A DNA stretch of 64,000 nucleotides, taken from positions 2,788-66,787 of the forward strand of contig CAZSYD010000005.1 in assembly GCA_964611355.1 (NCBI GenBank), written 5' to 3'. Origin of the DNA: an uncultured Ignavibacteriales bacterium. GTDB lineage: Bacteria; Zixibacteria; MSB-5A5; GN15; JAAZOE01. Of the stretch, positions 37,030 through 47,998 are shown piece by piece; the first letter of the stretch is position 1; each line of letters begins with the position of its first letter. Position numbers and translations under genes: made by a program. The notes under the pieces are model-generated. The model ran no database searches. It had not been told where the DNA came from and worked only from the letters and a program-made list of their open reading frames with translations.

Positions 37030-38235
37030 ATGCAAAGCAGTGCTATGACGGAGAGGTTATATTATACGGATTCCTGTATGCTGGAATTCAAGGCCGGCGT
37101 AATCGGAATAGACTACGTTAACGAGAAGTATAGAATTACTCTCGATCGTTCCGCCTTTTATCCCACTTCCGGCGGGCAGTTGTTCGATACGGGTTATATA
37201 TCCGGAGAACGGGTCGTCGATGTTATTGAGGAAAACAGGGAGGTCGTTCATATTCTTGAGAAAAAGCCGGCTTTTCTGATCGGCGATGAAGTCGAAGGGA
37301 AAATCGACCCGGCCCGTCGTCGCGACAATATGCAGAAGCATACCGGCCAGCATATCCTGTCCCGGGCTTTCATTGAAATCTGCGGCGCCAAAACAGTCAG
37401 CGCACGGCTGGGCGAAGAGGACAGCAGCATCGATCTTGACCGCGATCAGGTAAGCAAAGATGATTTGATTAATGCCGAAGATTTGGCTAACCTGGTTATT
37501 TTTCAAAACCGTCCGGTTAAAATTGATTTTGTTTCTTATGAGAAATTAAAAGAAATTCCACTGCGCAAAATCCCGGACAGGCAGGAAGGTAATTTCCGCA
37601 TTATTACGATTGAGGATTTTGACTGGTCGGCCTGCGGCGGAACGCATTGTTTGGCGACGGGTTCGGTCGGCATTATCAAGGTCTCCGGAAAAGAAAAGAT
37701 ACGGGGCAATCTCCGTGTGCATTTCCTGACCGGCCTGAAGGCGCTTGACGATTATCGCTGGCGCTTTGATCAAATTGAAGCCATATCAAACGTTTTTACC
37801 CGCCATGGCCGTGAATCATTTGATGCCGTATGGGCTTTGAACGAAGAAAACAAGAGCCTTCGCCGGCAGGTCGCTGAATTGAGAAAAGAACTCCTGCCTA
37901 TGCTGGTTGACAGGTGGTATAACGATTCTATCGAGCTGAATGGAAACCGGATAATTGCGCTCGATCTGTCCGGCCAGGATTTCAAAGCAGCAAAAGGAAC
38001 GGCTCTGGCTGTCATTAATAAATACGACGCCGTCGTCTTGATTGGAATTGACGACAAGCTTCTCGTCGCAGTTTCCAAATCTTTGTCCGTCTCCGCAGCC
38101 GATATTATCAAAAACGCTTCCGAGCGATTTGGCGGCAAAGGGGGAGGAACGCCGCAACTGGCCCAGGGGGGCGGCTTCAATCCCGAAGACATCAAAGTTT
38201 TAATTGCCGATCCCGGCATGATAATAAATGTATAA
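37030..38235 (+). CDS. alaX: Alanyl-tRNA editing protein, AlaX-L type (editing domain plus DHHA1-like C-terminus)
   Basis: 401 aa with zinc/editing motifs HTGQHILSRAF and SACGGTHC and a C-terminal GGKGGGTPQLAQGGG. The start could instead be ATG 37045 (MTERLYY). Confidence 0.8.
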   Translation: MQSSAMTERLYYTDSCMLEFKAGVIGIDYVNEKYRITLDRSAFYPTSGGQLFDTGYISGERVVDVIEENREVVHILEKKPAFLIGDEVEGKIDPARRRDNMQKHTGQHILSRAFIEICGAKTVSARLGEEDSSIDLDRDQVSKDDLINAEDLANLVIFQNRPVKIDFVSYEKLKEIPLRKIPDRQEGNFRIITIEDFDWSACGGTHCLATGSVGIIKVSGKEKIRGNLRVHFLTGLKALDDYRWRFDQIEAISNVFTRHGRESFDAVWALNEENKSLRRQVAELRKELLPMLVDRWYNDSIELNGNRIIALDLSGQDFKAAKGTALAVINKYDAVVLIGIDDKLLVAVSKSLSVSAADIIKNASERFGGKGGGTPQLAQGGGFNPEDIKVLIADPGMIINV

Positions 38236-38238
38236 CTC

Positions 38239-41200
38239 ATGCGTACGCTGATCGCGATACTGGCTATTCTTTGCCTGTTGTTGCCTTTATGCGGTACTTC
38301 CGCGGCAGCGGAGAAAAAGAATACCCTTGTTCTGGAAAACGCCGACAGCCTGAAAGTCAGACGGAGCGACGGCGGCGAAGTCTGGTACGGCTTCGGCAAT
38401 GTCCGTTTCCGGATTGATTCCACTCATGTCGCTGCCGATTCGGCTATCTGGGATCGTGAACAGGATATAATTCGATTTTACGGTCAGGTGGAAGCGTACG
38501 ATACGATCCGGCATATATGGGCGCAGCGGGTCAGCTATTATCACCGCGATTCGCTTCTAATCGCCGAACAGGACGTCGTGATGATCCATTACGCCGATTC
38601 AATTCGCACCGAGTCGCAGACGGCCAGGTTTGATCAAAAGCGCGAGATATTGTACCTTGAGAGAGAACCTTGCCTGTATCTTAATTATCCCGATTTCGAA
38701 AATCTCGTTACCGTAACAGCCAACCTGCTGACCTATTATTCGGTGGAAAAGCGGGGAGAGGCCGAGGGGGAGGTCGTAATCGAGTACAAGGATACCCGGG
38801 CCACCTGTCAGTGCGCGCAATTTGACCTGAAAAAGAAGGTCCTGACCCTCACCGAAGAACCATATGCCTTACGCGGGCTGTCCACCATCAGGGGTCAGGA
38901 AATGGAGATCTTCTTTGCCGGTGGCGAAATCAATAGGATTGAGGTTTATGATGACGCCGAGGCTTTATTCGTCGAGGAAGGCGATACCGTTACCGGCGAT
39001 TTCTCCGGAGAATCGTATCTATCCGCCCGACAGATCAGGTTTTTCTTCAGGGATGAAGAGGTGCGGAAAATCGCCGCCGTGGGAGCGGCCCGATCAAAGT
39101 ATTTCCCCGCCCCTGACGACACCACCGGCGCCGGCAAAAATTTCGTTTCAGGCGATTCGATTTTCATTTTCGTTAAGAATCGCAAGACGAGTAAGGTGGA
39201 GATCAAAGGCGGCGCCGAAGGAGTATATATCACCGAAAAAGAAGGCACCGACACGCTTAAGGCGGATTCGCTTTCCTCTTCAGTTGCGGCAGATAAAGAT
39301 ACGACAACGGTGATAGATTCGGTAACGATTGAATCTTCCGACCGGGGAATTTCCGATTCCGTTATTGTATCGGACTCCACAACAACGGAAATGGCGTCGT
39401 TGGAGGATTCAATCCATTATAACGGCGATTTTCTTGAATTCTTCGTTGACAATCGCCTTATCCGAATAACCGGCAACTCGGTCGTCCGCCAGGAAGATGT
39501 GGTTTTGAACGCGGGCCAGATGGATTACGATATTGATAAACGGGTTGTTTTGGCCAGGGCGGCAGTCGATACGTTGGAAGATACCACGGTAATCAAGCCG
39601 CTTTCCCTGCGCGACGCCCGGGAGGAAATATTTGGCTCCAGACTTGTATTTAACGTGGATACCAAAAGGGGGTTAATTGAAGACGCTACGACCGAATTTG
39701 AACGTTCGCATTACTTCGGCTACGACCTGTATAAGGAAGAAGAGCAGGTATTTTATGTTCTTGACGGGAAGTTGACGCCGTGCGATCTGGAAGACGCCAA
39801 CATCCATTTCCGGTCGAAAAGAATGAAACTGATTCATAACGATCGGGTAATTGCCCGTCCTGTAACAATGTATATTGAAACCCTGCCGGTAATGGTTTTC
39901 CCTTATTATGTTTTTCCCCTCAAGCGCGGTCGCCACTCGGGTATCCTGCCGATCAAACTGGGCAATTTCGAAAGGGGCAATCGTTTTATCGGAAACCTTG
40001 GTTATTATTGGGAGGCTTCCGAATACTGGGATTTGCAGGGAGCGCTCGATTTTTATGAAAACATCGGTTTTACGATAAACAGTTTGTTCCGATATAACCG
40101 GCGTTATGCTTTTTCAGGCCAGGTTCGAGGCAGCTTTTCGCGGGAAAGGCAAGAATATGCCTTTGGAGAAAGTAAAAGCCGCCGATGGACTTTGAGCGGC
40201 AGTCACACTCAAACGCTGCCGCATGATATTCGGTTCCAGGCTTCTGGAACATTCGTTTCCGATAAGAATTATTATACGGATTATTCCACCGATCCGGATG
40301 AGCGGCGAAACCGGTCCATAACTTCCAAAGCCAATTTTAATAAACGGTTTGGGCGGGCGTCGTTGTCGCTGTCATTCAACCACACCAATAATCTCGATAC
40401 CGACTCGCGGCGAAGCCAGGTTCCTTCCGGCAGTTTTACCATGCCGTCGTTTCATCCTTTCGGCAGCGGTCGAGAGGCTGACGGCAAGACCATAAAAAGA
40501 TGGTATAATTATCTTTATCTGGGTTACCGAAACAGCTTCGCCGTTAATACCTTCAGCTCCCGGGAAACCGACGGCTCTAAAACCAGAAAAGAATATGCTT
40601 ACATTGACCACTCGATTTCGTTGTCGGCTTCGCAGAAGGTGTTTAAATATATCAATGTCAGCCCCGGTTTATCGTCGCAGGAAACATGGTATTATGTAAT
40701 GCCGACAGATCAGGCCGAAGAAGCCGGAATAATAGCCGGTCGGCCTTACCGGCGCGGAGCCGTTTCAGTCGGGTTATCTTCAAATACCAACCTTTATGGG
40801 ACTTTTCCCATTAACCTTTTTAGTTTGATAGCCCTGCGTCAGGTGATTACTCCCGGAGTCGGTTTTCGGTGGGCACCTGCGGTTACCAAAAATGACCCGG
40901 TGAAAAATTATATCCAAAAGGGCGGAGGCGGGTATAAACAGAAAACAATGTCATTCAGCCTGACCCAGTTATTCCAGGCCAAGGTCAGGCAGGGTGAGAT
41001 TGAAAAGAAATACGATCTCCTGCGGGTATCTTCAAGTGTCAGTCATAACTTCGAAGCCACCGGGCGTAAATATTCCGATTTAAGCACGACCATATCATCG
41101 TCACTCATAAATAACGTAAATCTTAGCGGCAGCCTGGTACATGACCTGTACGATGATAAAGATCGGCTCAACTGGAAATCACCGCGACTGAAGTCATTTT

Positions 41201-41682
41201 CTATTGCGATCACTTTCCAGGCTCGCGGATCGGTTTCGGATAATTATGTTCGCCAGGGTCTGGGTTCCGATTTACCGGAAGATACCACCGGCCTGTCCGC
41301 ATCCGGATTGGATTATAATATTGCGGCTCCGCCCGAATCATCAGAAGCTTCGTGGAATTTAAGGATGTCGCATCGTTACAGCGAAACGGGGCTTTTGACT
41401 TCCTATAAAAACCGCTCCCACTGGATACAATTTACCTTTAACATGAACCTGACCGATAATTGGAAAATCAAATATCATCAGAATTATGATATTATCAACC
41501 ATCAGACGACGGAGAAAGTGATAGATCTTTATCGTAAACTGCCGTGCTGGGAGGGACATTTTTACTGGATTCCGGAAGGGTCGCGCAAGGGGTATTATTT
41601 CAAGATAAATGTTACCGCCATTCCAGATATTAAATTCGAAAAATCGGAATCGGGGTTGCGGGGAGCGCTTTTAGGGCGCTGA
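38239..41682 (+). CDS. Large LptD/OstA-family outer-membrane protein
   Basis: 1147 aa with a signal peptide. The N-terminus has repeated OstA-like beta-jellyroll segments. A long C-terminal region has alternating beta-strand pattern typical of LptD-like barrels. Confidence 0.6.
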   Translation: MRTLIAILAILCLLLPLCGTSAAAEKKNTLVLENADSLKVRRSDGGEVWYGFGNVRFRIDSTHVAADSAIWDREQDIIRFYGQVEAYDTIRHIWAQRVSYYHRDSLLIAEQDVVMIHYADSIRTESQTARFDQKREILYLEREPCLYLNYPDFENLVTVTANLLTYYSVEKRGEAEGEVVIEYKDTRATCQCAQFDLKKKVLTLTEEPYALRGLSTIRGQEMEIFFAGGEINRIEVYDDAEALFVEEGDTVTGDFSGESYLSARQIRFFFRDEEVRKIAAVGAARSKYFPAPDDTTGAGKNFVSGDSIFIFVKNRKTSKVEIKGGAEGVYITEKEGTDTLKADSLSSSVAADKDTTTVIDSVTIESSDRGISDSVIVSDSTTTEMASLEDSIHYNGDFLEFFVDNRLIRITGNSVVRQEDVVLNAGQMDYDIDKRVVLARAAVDTLEDTTVIKPLSLRDAREEIFGSRLVFNVDTKRGLIEDATTEFERSHYFGYDLYKEEEQVFYVLDGKLTPCDLEDANIHFRSKRMKLIHNDRVIARPVTMYIETLPVMVFPYYVFPLKRGRHSGILPIKLGNFERGNRFIGNLGYYWEASEYWDLQGALDFYENIGFTINSLFRYNRRYAFSGQVRGSFSRERQEYAFGESKSRRWTLSGSHTQTLPHDIRFQASGTFVSDKNYYTDYSTDPDERRNRSITSKANFNKRFGRASLSLSFNHTNNLDTDSRRSQVPSGSFTMPSFHPFGSGREADGKTIKRWYNYLYLGYRNSFAVNTFSSRETDGSKTRKEYAYIDHSISLSASQKVFKYINVSPGLSSQETWYYVMPTDQAEEAGIIAGRPYRRGAVSVGLSSNTNLYGTFPINLFSLIALRQVITPGVGFRWAPAVTKNDPVKNYIQKGGGGYKQKTMSFSLTQLFQAKVRQGEIEKKYDLLRVSSSVSHNFEATGRKYSDLSTTISSSLINNVNLSGSLVHDLYDDKDRLNWKSPRLKSFSIAITFQARGSVSDNYVRQGLGSDLPEDTTGLSASGLDYNIAAPPESSEASWNLRMSHRYSETGLLTSYKNRSHWIQFTFNMNLTDNWKIKYHQNYDIINHQTTEKVIDLYRKLPCWEGHFYWIPEGSRKGYYFKINVTAIPDIKFEKSESGLRGALLGR

Positions 41683-41873
41683 TTTGCGTGGCAGAACCCC
41701 GGGGATTGCCCATTTTACGGGATCATCATGGCCTATGACCCGCGAAAAGCCTGATTTTATGCGATTATTTTGACTCTGGAATAGATTATTTTAATTGACA
41801 AGGATTATAAAAAACGCCTAAAGTTTATGTGGGAATTAACCAAAAACCAACTCCAAACTCACGGAGGATGATA

Positions 41874-42149
41874 ATGACCAAGGATCAACTTGTTGCCAGG
41901 ATTGCCAAGGATGCCAGCATCAGTAAGCGTCAGGCCAACGAAGTGCTGAAGACTTTCTTTGGCTCGGTTACCAACGCTCTTAAGAAAGGTCAAAAAGTCA
42001 GCTTTGTTGGCTTTGGCACCTTTTCGACCACAAAGAGAAAAGCACGGACCGGTCGCAACCCGCGCACAGGTGCTGCCATCAAAATTCCGGCTGCGCGCGT
42101 CCCTAAATTCAAAGCCGGCAAAGCGCTGCGCGAGGCATGCAGGAAATAA
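41874..42149 (+). CDS. hup: HU-family DNA-binding protein
   Basis: I place the start at ATG 41874 (GGAGG 6 nt upstream). The sequence is MTKDQLVARIAKDA ... GFGTFSTTKRKARTGRNPRTG ... PKFKAGKAL. Confidence 0.92.
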   Translation: MTKDQLVARIAKDASISKRQANEVLKTFFGSVTNALKKGQKVSFVGFGTFSTTKRKARTGRNPRTGAAIKIPAARVPKFKAGKALREACRK

Positions 42150-42167
42150 TTTATTAATCGGCGCTTA

Positions 42168-42198
42168 AAAGGCAGGGTAGGGCACCCTGCCTTTTTTT
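42168..42198 (+). terminator. Rho-independent terminator
   Basis: AAAGGCAGGGT-AGGGC-ACCCTGCCTTT followed by a T-run, 19 nt after the hup stop. Confidence 0.8.
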
Positions 42199-42245
42199 GT
42201 TGACCCTTTGGCGCGACGGCCCGATATTTTGTTGCGTTAACGGCG

Positions 42246-44594
42246 TTGTTTATAATGGATAACAGGCGAAAAAAGCAGATATTCGGCATACTTCTTCTGG
42301 CCTTCTCGCTGATGTTTTTTGTCAGTCTCCTTGGACATTCCACCGGCGATGACCTGCAGATTACATCCGATGAGGCGATTTACGGCAATCCGTTTTCCCT
42401 CGATTACACTAACCCGGGCGGCATGATGGGGGCTTACCTTAGCTATGAGACTCTTTCCCTTTTGGGTTGGGGAGCGTTCCCTGTTGTTCTTTTTTTGGTG
42501 GTGCTGTCTTTTAGGATTACTGGCTTTGATATTGGCCGCCGGCTTCTAAAGCATGCCGCTATGGTCTGGGCGCTGGGATTTCTGACACTTTTGATCTTTG
42601 ATATTTCAAAGATTGCCGGGGGATACATCTATACTGCCGAAATCCCAAACGGCGCGGGAGCGTTAGGTCAAACTCTGATTGAACTGGGTATAAAACTTAT
42701 CGGCGTTCCCGGTTCGTATATTCTTACTCTTGCTGCGATTATCTGTATTCTGGTGTTTTACTTTTCGATATCGCATCGTTTCAGAAATGCCGTTACGGCG
42801 GCGGCCGACACTGCCGGAACGATTCTTAAGAAAAGATTCGAAAGCGCCCGGCCGGTGTTTAACGGCTTCAAAGAGCGTCTGAATATCAGGCGGCTGGCGT
42901 CGGTGACGAGACCTCACTTCAAAGATGAATTGAAGCGGGCTCTTCGCAAGTCGGGGGTTAAAGAAAAACCGGGGAATAAGAGCGGATCGGAAAAAGGGTC
43001 CGGAAAAATCCCTGATGACAGGATTATCTATGAAAAAACCGGTTCAACTGATTCGCCAAAGATAAAAAGAAAGGTTGTCCTGCCCGGGGAATCGGAACCG
43101 GATTCAGACGCCGCGGCAGAATCCGACTTCTTGAGAGAAGACGAAGAGTTGACTAAATCTTTTACTATGCCGGGGCAGGAGATTTTCTCCGAACATGACG
43201 TTACCAGACGACCTTCCGATGAAAAAGAACTGCCAGAGACAGCTCAAGCCCTCCGGGAAACATTGGAAACCTTCGGCGTCAGGATCGACGGCAATATTGA
43301 GATATTTCCCGGCCCGGTTATCACGCGGTTTGAGATAAAGCCGGCCGCCGGTATCAAAGTCAACCAGGTGGCCAACCTCTCGGATGATCTGGCCCTGAAT
43401 CTCCGCGCCAAAAGTATTCGTATTGTGGCGCCGGTTCCGGGTAAGGCGGCTGTCGGGATTGAGATTCCAAACCGGAATCCGGAAATCGTCCACCTACGGG
43501 ACATTATTTATTCCGACCAATTTCGGAACAACCGCTATGAATTGCCTCTGGCTCTGGGCAAAAACAGCGCCGGTAACCCGTATGTAACCGGCCTGGGTCG
43601 GATGCCGCACCTTCTAATAGCCGGGACAACCGGCTCGGGGAAATCAGTCTGCATAAACGTTATTATTACTTCGCTGGTTTATTCGCTTCATCCTGATCAC
43701 TTGAGGTTTATCTTTGTTGATCCCAAGATGCTGGAGTTGACCATTTACAAAGGCATCCCGTATCTTGATGAAGACGTGGTTACGAATCCAAAACAAGCCG
43801 AAAGGGTTTTGGGTAACGCCGTCAGTGAAATGGAGTTGAGGTACCGCAAACTTGCCGCCGCGGCGGTCAGAAATATAGTTGATTACAACAAGAAACAAAA
43901 ATCCAAAAGTGACATACTTCCGTATATTGTCATTATCATAGATGAGCTGGCCGATTTAATGGTGTCGACCTATTCCAACCGGGTTGAGCTTTTGATAACC
44001 CGTCTGGCGCAGATGGCGCGAGCGGTCGGGATTCATTTGATTCTGGCCACCCAGCGGCCGTCGGTGGACGTCATTACCGGCTTGATTAAAGCTAATTTCC
44101 CCTCACGGATAGCCTTTCAGGTGGCGACAAAAATAGATTCGCGAACCGTCCTTGACTGTAACGGAGCTGAAAGGCTTTTGGGCAATGGCGATATGCTCAT
44201 TCTGGAGGCCGGCTCGGCCGAACCGGTGCGTCTGCATGGAGCATTTATATCTTCCGAAGATACCGAACGTCTGGCGATCTTTCTCAAAGATCAGCCGTAC
44301 AGCCGTATCAAGGCTGATGAGGCCAAAGCGACTGCCGACGAAAAAGCCCAATTGCGCCCCTTCAATGATCCCGTCCTTTTGGAAGCGATCGAGACGGTCG
44401 TCCGGCAGAAGCAGGCATCGGTTTCGCTGCTTCAAAGAAAGCTAGGGATCGGTTATCAGCGAGCAGCGCGGCTGATCGATGAACTCGAAGAGATGAAAAT
44501 AATCGGCCAGTATAATGAATCCAAGGCCCGCGAGGTCTTGGTCGACCGTTCATTCCTTGATAGCATTAAAAGCGGAAAATTCAGCAAAACCTGA
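42246..44594 (+). CDS. ftsK: DNA translocase FtsK
   Basis: 782 aa with N-terminal TM helices, a linker, a motor domain with Walker A GTTGSGKS, and a C-terminal gamma winged helix (SVSLLQRKLGIGYQRAARLIDELE). The start may instead be ATG 42255. Confidence 0.92.
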   Translation: MFIMDNRRKKQIFGILLLAFSLMFFVSLLGHSTGDDLQITSDEAIYGNPFSLDYTNPGGMMGAYLSYETLSLLGWGAFPVVLFLVVLSFRITGFDIGRRLLKHAAMVWALGFLTLLIFDISKIAGGYIYTAEIPNGAGALGQTLIELGIKLIGVPGSYILTLAAIICILVFYFSISHRFRNAVTAAADTAGTILKKRFESARPVFNGFKERLNIRRLASVTRPHFKDELKRALRKSGVKEKPGNKSGSEKGSGKIPDDRIIYEKTGSTDSPKIKRKVVLPGESEPDSDAAAESDFLREDEELTKSFTMPGQEIFSEHDVTRRPSDEKELPETAQALRETLETFGVRIDGNIEIFPGPVITRFEIKPAAGIKVNQVANLSDDLALNLRAKSIRIVAPVPGKAAVGIEIPNRNPEIVHLRDIIYSDQFRNNRYELPLALGKNSAGNPYVTGLGRMPHLLIAGTTGSGKSVCINVIITSLVYSLHPDHLRFIFVDPKMLELTIYKGIPYLDEDVVTNPKQAERVLGNAVSEMELRYRKLAAAAVRNIVDYNKKQKSKSDILPYIVIIIDELADLMVSTYSNRVELLITRLAQMARAVGIHLILATQRPSVDVITGLIKANFPSRIAFQVATKIDSRTVLDCNGAERLLGNGDMLILEAGSAEPVRLHGAFISSEDTERLAIFLKDQPYSRIKADEAKATADEKAQLRPFNDPVLLEAIETVVRQKQASVSLLQRKLGIGYQRAARLIDELEEMKIIGQYNESKAREVLVDRSFLDSIKSGKFSKT

Positions 44595-44618
44595 TATCCC
44601 TAGTCCCGTATAATCGAT

Positions 44619-45242
44619 ATGATGACGCTTTTGCGCATAATGGCCATGATATTCCTACTGTATGGGTTGAATATTTGCATGGCTGCAGAAAAATGTCCGG
44701 ATATTGCCGGATTACGGGCCAGTTTCCAGCAGGAAAATTACATAACCCTTGATTTTCTGCAGATTATCGATTCCGATATTTTTGAAAGCGTCGATAGTCT
44801 GACCGGAAATCTCCGGGCAGGAAAGGAAGGGCGGTTCCGGCTCGAGATGCCCGGCCAGACGCTGGTTTCAAACGGTATCCTTTACTGGAGTTATTCGGCC
44901 GAAAACAATCAGGTACTGATCGACTCGGTGGCCGGTCTTGGCGAATGGAATCCGCTAACCCTGTTGTATAATCCGGAAGAAATCTACTGCTGTATGAATG
45001 AGTCAAAAAATAAAAATACATTTGAATTCGAAATGTCGGCGACGGATAGTCTGACCGAACCGCAGGTATTTATATTACGAGTTACTAAAAAGGATTTTAT
45101 CCCAAAGAATCTTATTTATTATGACGACAACGATTCGCGGATTGAAGTTATTATTGAAAATTTCGAGCGGAACGAGAGTCTGACCGATTCATTGTTTATA
45201 TTTCATGCCCCGGCCGGCGTGGAAGTCATCCGGATGCCATGA
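44619..45242 (+). CDS. LolA-like outer-membrane lipoprotein carrier protein
   Basis: 207 aa with a signal peptide. Size and beta-rich pattern fit LolA/LolB-like proteins. The call is architecture-level only. Confidence 0.5.
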   Translation: MMTLLRIMAMIFLLYGLNICMAAEKCPDIAGLRASFQQENYITLDFLQIIDSDIFESVDSLTGNLRAGKEGRFRLEMPGQTLVSNGILYWSYSAENNQVLIDSVAGLGEWNPLTLLYNPEEIYCCMNESKNKNTFEFEMSATDSLTEPQVFILRVTKKDFIPKNLIYYDDNDSRIEVIIENFERNESLTDSLFIFHAPAGVEVIRMP

Positions 45243-46558
45243 TACGGTTTTATATCCACAAGCTCGGCTGTCCCAAAAATGATGTTGATGCCGACTATCT
45301 TGCCGGCTTTCTCGTGAAACAAAACATGGTTCCGGTCAGTAATCCCGAGGAAGCCGAACTGATAATAGTCAACACCTGCGGCTTTATCCGGCCGGCCAAG
45401 GAGGAATCAATCGAAGCGGCTTTGACCATGGCACAACTCAAAAAAAGAGCAAAGGGAATGAAACTGATTCTGACAGGATGCTTATCCCGGCGATATGCTT
45501 CTGAACTGGCCGAGGAAATACCGGAACTTGACGGGATTTTTGGAATCAATGATTTCGCTAATATCAGGAACTGGCTCAATGGCGGGCAGTCCGGATTTAT
45601 ACCACCGTCTGATAATCCGAAAATCTTTTCGGAGTATAATTTTTCACGAATCCTGATTCCGGAAGAGAGTTTTGCCTATATAAAGATCTCAGACGGATGC
45701 GATAACCGTTGCAGTTATTGCGCCATTCCCGATATCCGAGGACCTCTTAGAAGTCGAAGGATCGAGGCCGTTACGGAAGAAGCCGTTTATCTGCTCGACA
45801 ATGGAAAAAAAGAACTTATTCTTGTCTGCCAGGAAGCCACGGCTTATGGGCGCGACCTTTATGGAAAGATGCAACTTCTGCAATTGCTTGACAGACTTTC
45901 GAGTATCAACGGGTATTTCTGGATTCGGGTCATGTATATGCACCCGGCCCGACTGACCGAAGAAGTTATCGACTATATGATTGACAATCCGAAGATATGT
46001 TCCTACTTTGATATACCATTGCAGCATATAAACGATAGAATTTTAGCCATGATGAATCGCCGGGTAAAGCGCCATAGAATTGAAAAGCTTCTTGATTATA
46101 TCAGAAGCCGCAAAGGTGATTCGGCGGTCCGCACCACTTTCATTGCCGGTTTTCCCGGTGAAACCGACTCGGAGTTTGAAGAATTGTATAAATTCGTCGA
46201 AGAGCGTCGTTTCGACCGTATGGGCGTTTTTGAATATTCTCTCGAAGAGAGCACGGGGGCGGCAACTCTGCCCGGTCAAATTGAGCATCATGTCGGGTGC
46301 GGAAGGCGCGAGCGGCTGATGTTGTTGCAGCAGGATATTGCCTTTGAGCGAAACGAGGCCGAAGCGGGCCGCCTTGTGGAGGTTCTGGTGGATAAGGTTG
46401 ACAATGAGAACAAGACGACTGTCGGGCGCACCCGATTCGACGCGCCCGAGATCGACCAGGTTGTCAGGCTTGATTTTTCCGATATTGCGCCGGGCGAGTT
46501 CGTAAATGTTGCTATTGACGGTTATGACGGGTATGACCTGTTGGGGAGAAGAGGATAG
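45239..46558 (+). CDS. rimO: Ribosomal protein S12 methylthiotransferase
   Basis: 439 aa with GCPKNDVD, the radical-SAM motif CDNRCSYC and a C-terminal TRAM domain. Its ATGA start overlaps the previous gene's stop. Confidence 0.88.
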   Translation: MIRFYIHKLGCPKNDVDADYLAGFLVKQNMVPVSNPEEAELIIVNTCGFIRPAKEESIEAALTMAQLKKRAKGMKLILTGCLSRRYASELAEEIPELDGIFGINDFANIRNWLNGGQSGFIPPSDNPKIFSEYNFSRILIPEESFAYIKISDGCDNRCSYCAIPDIRGPLRSRRIEAVTEEAVYLLDNGKKELILVCQEATAYGRDLYGKMQLLQLLDRLSSINGYFWIRVMYMHPARLTEEVIDYMIDNPKICSYFDIPLQHINDRILAMMNRRVKRHRIEKLLDYIRSRKGDSAVRTTFIAGFPGETDSEFEELYKFVEERRFDRMGVFEYSLEESTGAATLPGQIEHHVGCGRRERLMLLQQDIAFERNEAEAGRLVEVLVDKVDNENKTTVGRTRFDAPEIDQVVRLDFSDIAPGEFVNVAIDGYDGYDLLGRRG

Positions 46559-46560
46559 TC

Positions 46561-47214
46561 ATGAATTCCGGGGTTAGTTTGGATAAAACCGGTATCTTTC
46601 TTTCCAAGCCGATTGCGTTGCTTTTGGTTCTTATCTATCTTTTGCAGTCAACGCTTCTGGTTTTTTTAATCAAGGACAAGTATGAACTGCACAAGATAAT
46701 CGACTACCAGCGCAAACGTCTTACCGAGATGGAGGAGAAACTGAAGATATTTCAAGTTATTGAAGATTTTCAGGTAGGTTTCACCGAGGAAGAGAAAAAC
46801 CAGTTGGCCAGGGTTATATTCGATGAGAGCAATAGATATAATTACGATCCCCTCCTTATCATGGCTGTGATTCTGACCGAGTCGACCTTTAAGAAAGGAC
46901 AGGTTTCCGATGTCGGCGCTCGTGGTATTATGCAGCTTATGCCGTCAACGGGGCGCGATCTCGCGGCGCGCACCGGCATTAAATGGGCCGGGTCGGAACA
47001 GCTTTTGGATCCTGTCGTCAATGTCAGGCTGGGAACACTTTATCTTTTTGAACAGGTCATAAAGTTTAAAGACGTCAAAAAGGCCATAATTGCATATAAT
47101 CTTGGTGAAAGCCGGCTTCGCGGGAGATTAAGGGCCAATGAGCCTCTGCCGAAACAGTATTTTCGCCGGATATGGAAAAACTACAGCATGTTGAAAGAAA
47201 AGTATGGTGCCTGA
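46561..47214 (+). CDS. Lytic transglycosylase (SLT domain) protein
   Basis: 217 aa with an N-terminal TM helix, a catalytic region AVILTESTF and GIMQLMPSTG. Confidence 0.82.
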   Translation: MNSGVSLDKTGIFLSKPIALLLVLIYLLQSTLLVFLIKDKYELHKIIDYQRKRLTEMEEKLKIFQVIEDFQVGFTEEEKNQLARVIFDESNRYNYDPLLIMAVILTESTFKKGQVSDVGARGIMQLMPSTGRDLAARTGIKWAGSEQLLDPVVNVRLGTLYLFEQVIKFKDVKKAIIAYNLGESRLRGRLRANEPLPKQYFRRIWKNYSMLKEKYGA

Positions 47215-47998
47215 CCGTTATTACCTTCCCTATATTTCTTTGCTGATCGCTTTCCTTATGGTTTTGCTCGTCGGGTGCGGCGGTATTACCATGAAAATGT
47301 ACGATACCGCCGATGAACAATATCGCCAGGCAATGAAAGAATACCACAAGAAAAACTATATCAGGGCTATTGACGGTTTACAAAAAGTCGTCTTCAATTT
47401 CAGCGGTGCGTCGATGGTTGATTCAGCCCAGTATTACCTGGGAATGTCGCAGTATCACCTTGATGAATATTACCTGGCCGCCACGGAATTTGAACGGGTG
47501 GTTAATAATTATCCCGGGTCGCCTTTTGTGGATGACGCTCAGTATATGACCGGGCTGTGTTACTTCAAGGCGGCTCCCAAACATTACGGCCTGGACCAAG
47601 CGGAATTGAAGCGAGCAATTCAGGCCTTTGAGGATTTTATAATCGACTACCCCGAATCGGAATTGATTGACGATGCCCGCGAAATGATGACTATCGCCCT
47701 TGATAGGCTGGCTCGCAAGAGGTATGAAAACGGCCGTCTTTATTTGCGGCTGGGGAATTACCAGGCCGCCGGCCTGTATTTTCAAACGGTAATTGATGAA
47801 CATACCAACACCGATTGGGCGGCTCGAGCGCTGTATTACCAGGGTGAAATCGATTTTAGGCAGAAAAAATATGAACAGGCGAGAAGCAAATTCAAAAACT
47901 TCCTGGTAGTTTATCCCGATCACGACTTTTCCGAGGAAGCCGGTAGGATGCTGGCAAAAACAGACAAAAACCTTGCCGAATCCGGAGAAAATAAATAG
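47204..47998 (+). CDS. bamD: Outer-membrane protein assembly factor BamD
   Basis: 264 aa with lipobox LLVGCG and TPR-like repeats showing the BamD/YfiO pattern (YPGSPFVDDAQY, YPESELIDDA). Confidence 0.85.
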   Translation: MVPDRYYLPYISLLIAFLMVLLVGCGGITMKMYDTADEQYRQAMKEYHKKNYIRAIDGLQKVVFNFSGASMVDSAQYYLGMSQYHLDEYYLAATEFERVVNNYPGSPFVDDAQYMTGLCYFKAAPKHYGLDQAELKRAIQAFEDFIIDYPESELIDDAREMMTIALDRLARKRYENGRLYLRLGNYQAAGLYFQTVIDEHTNTDWAARALYYQGEIDFRQKKYEQARSKFKNFLVVYPDHDFSEEAGRMLAKTDKNLAESGENK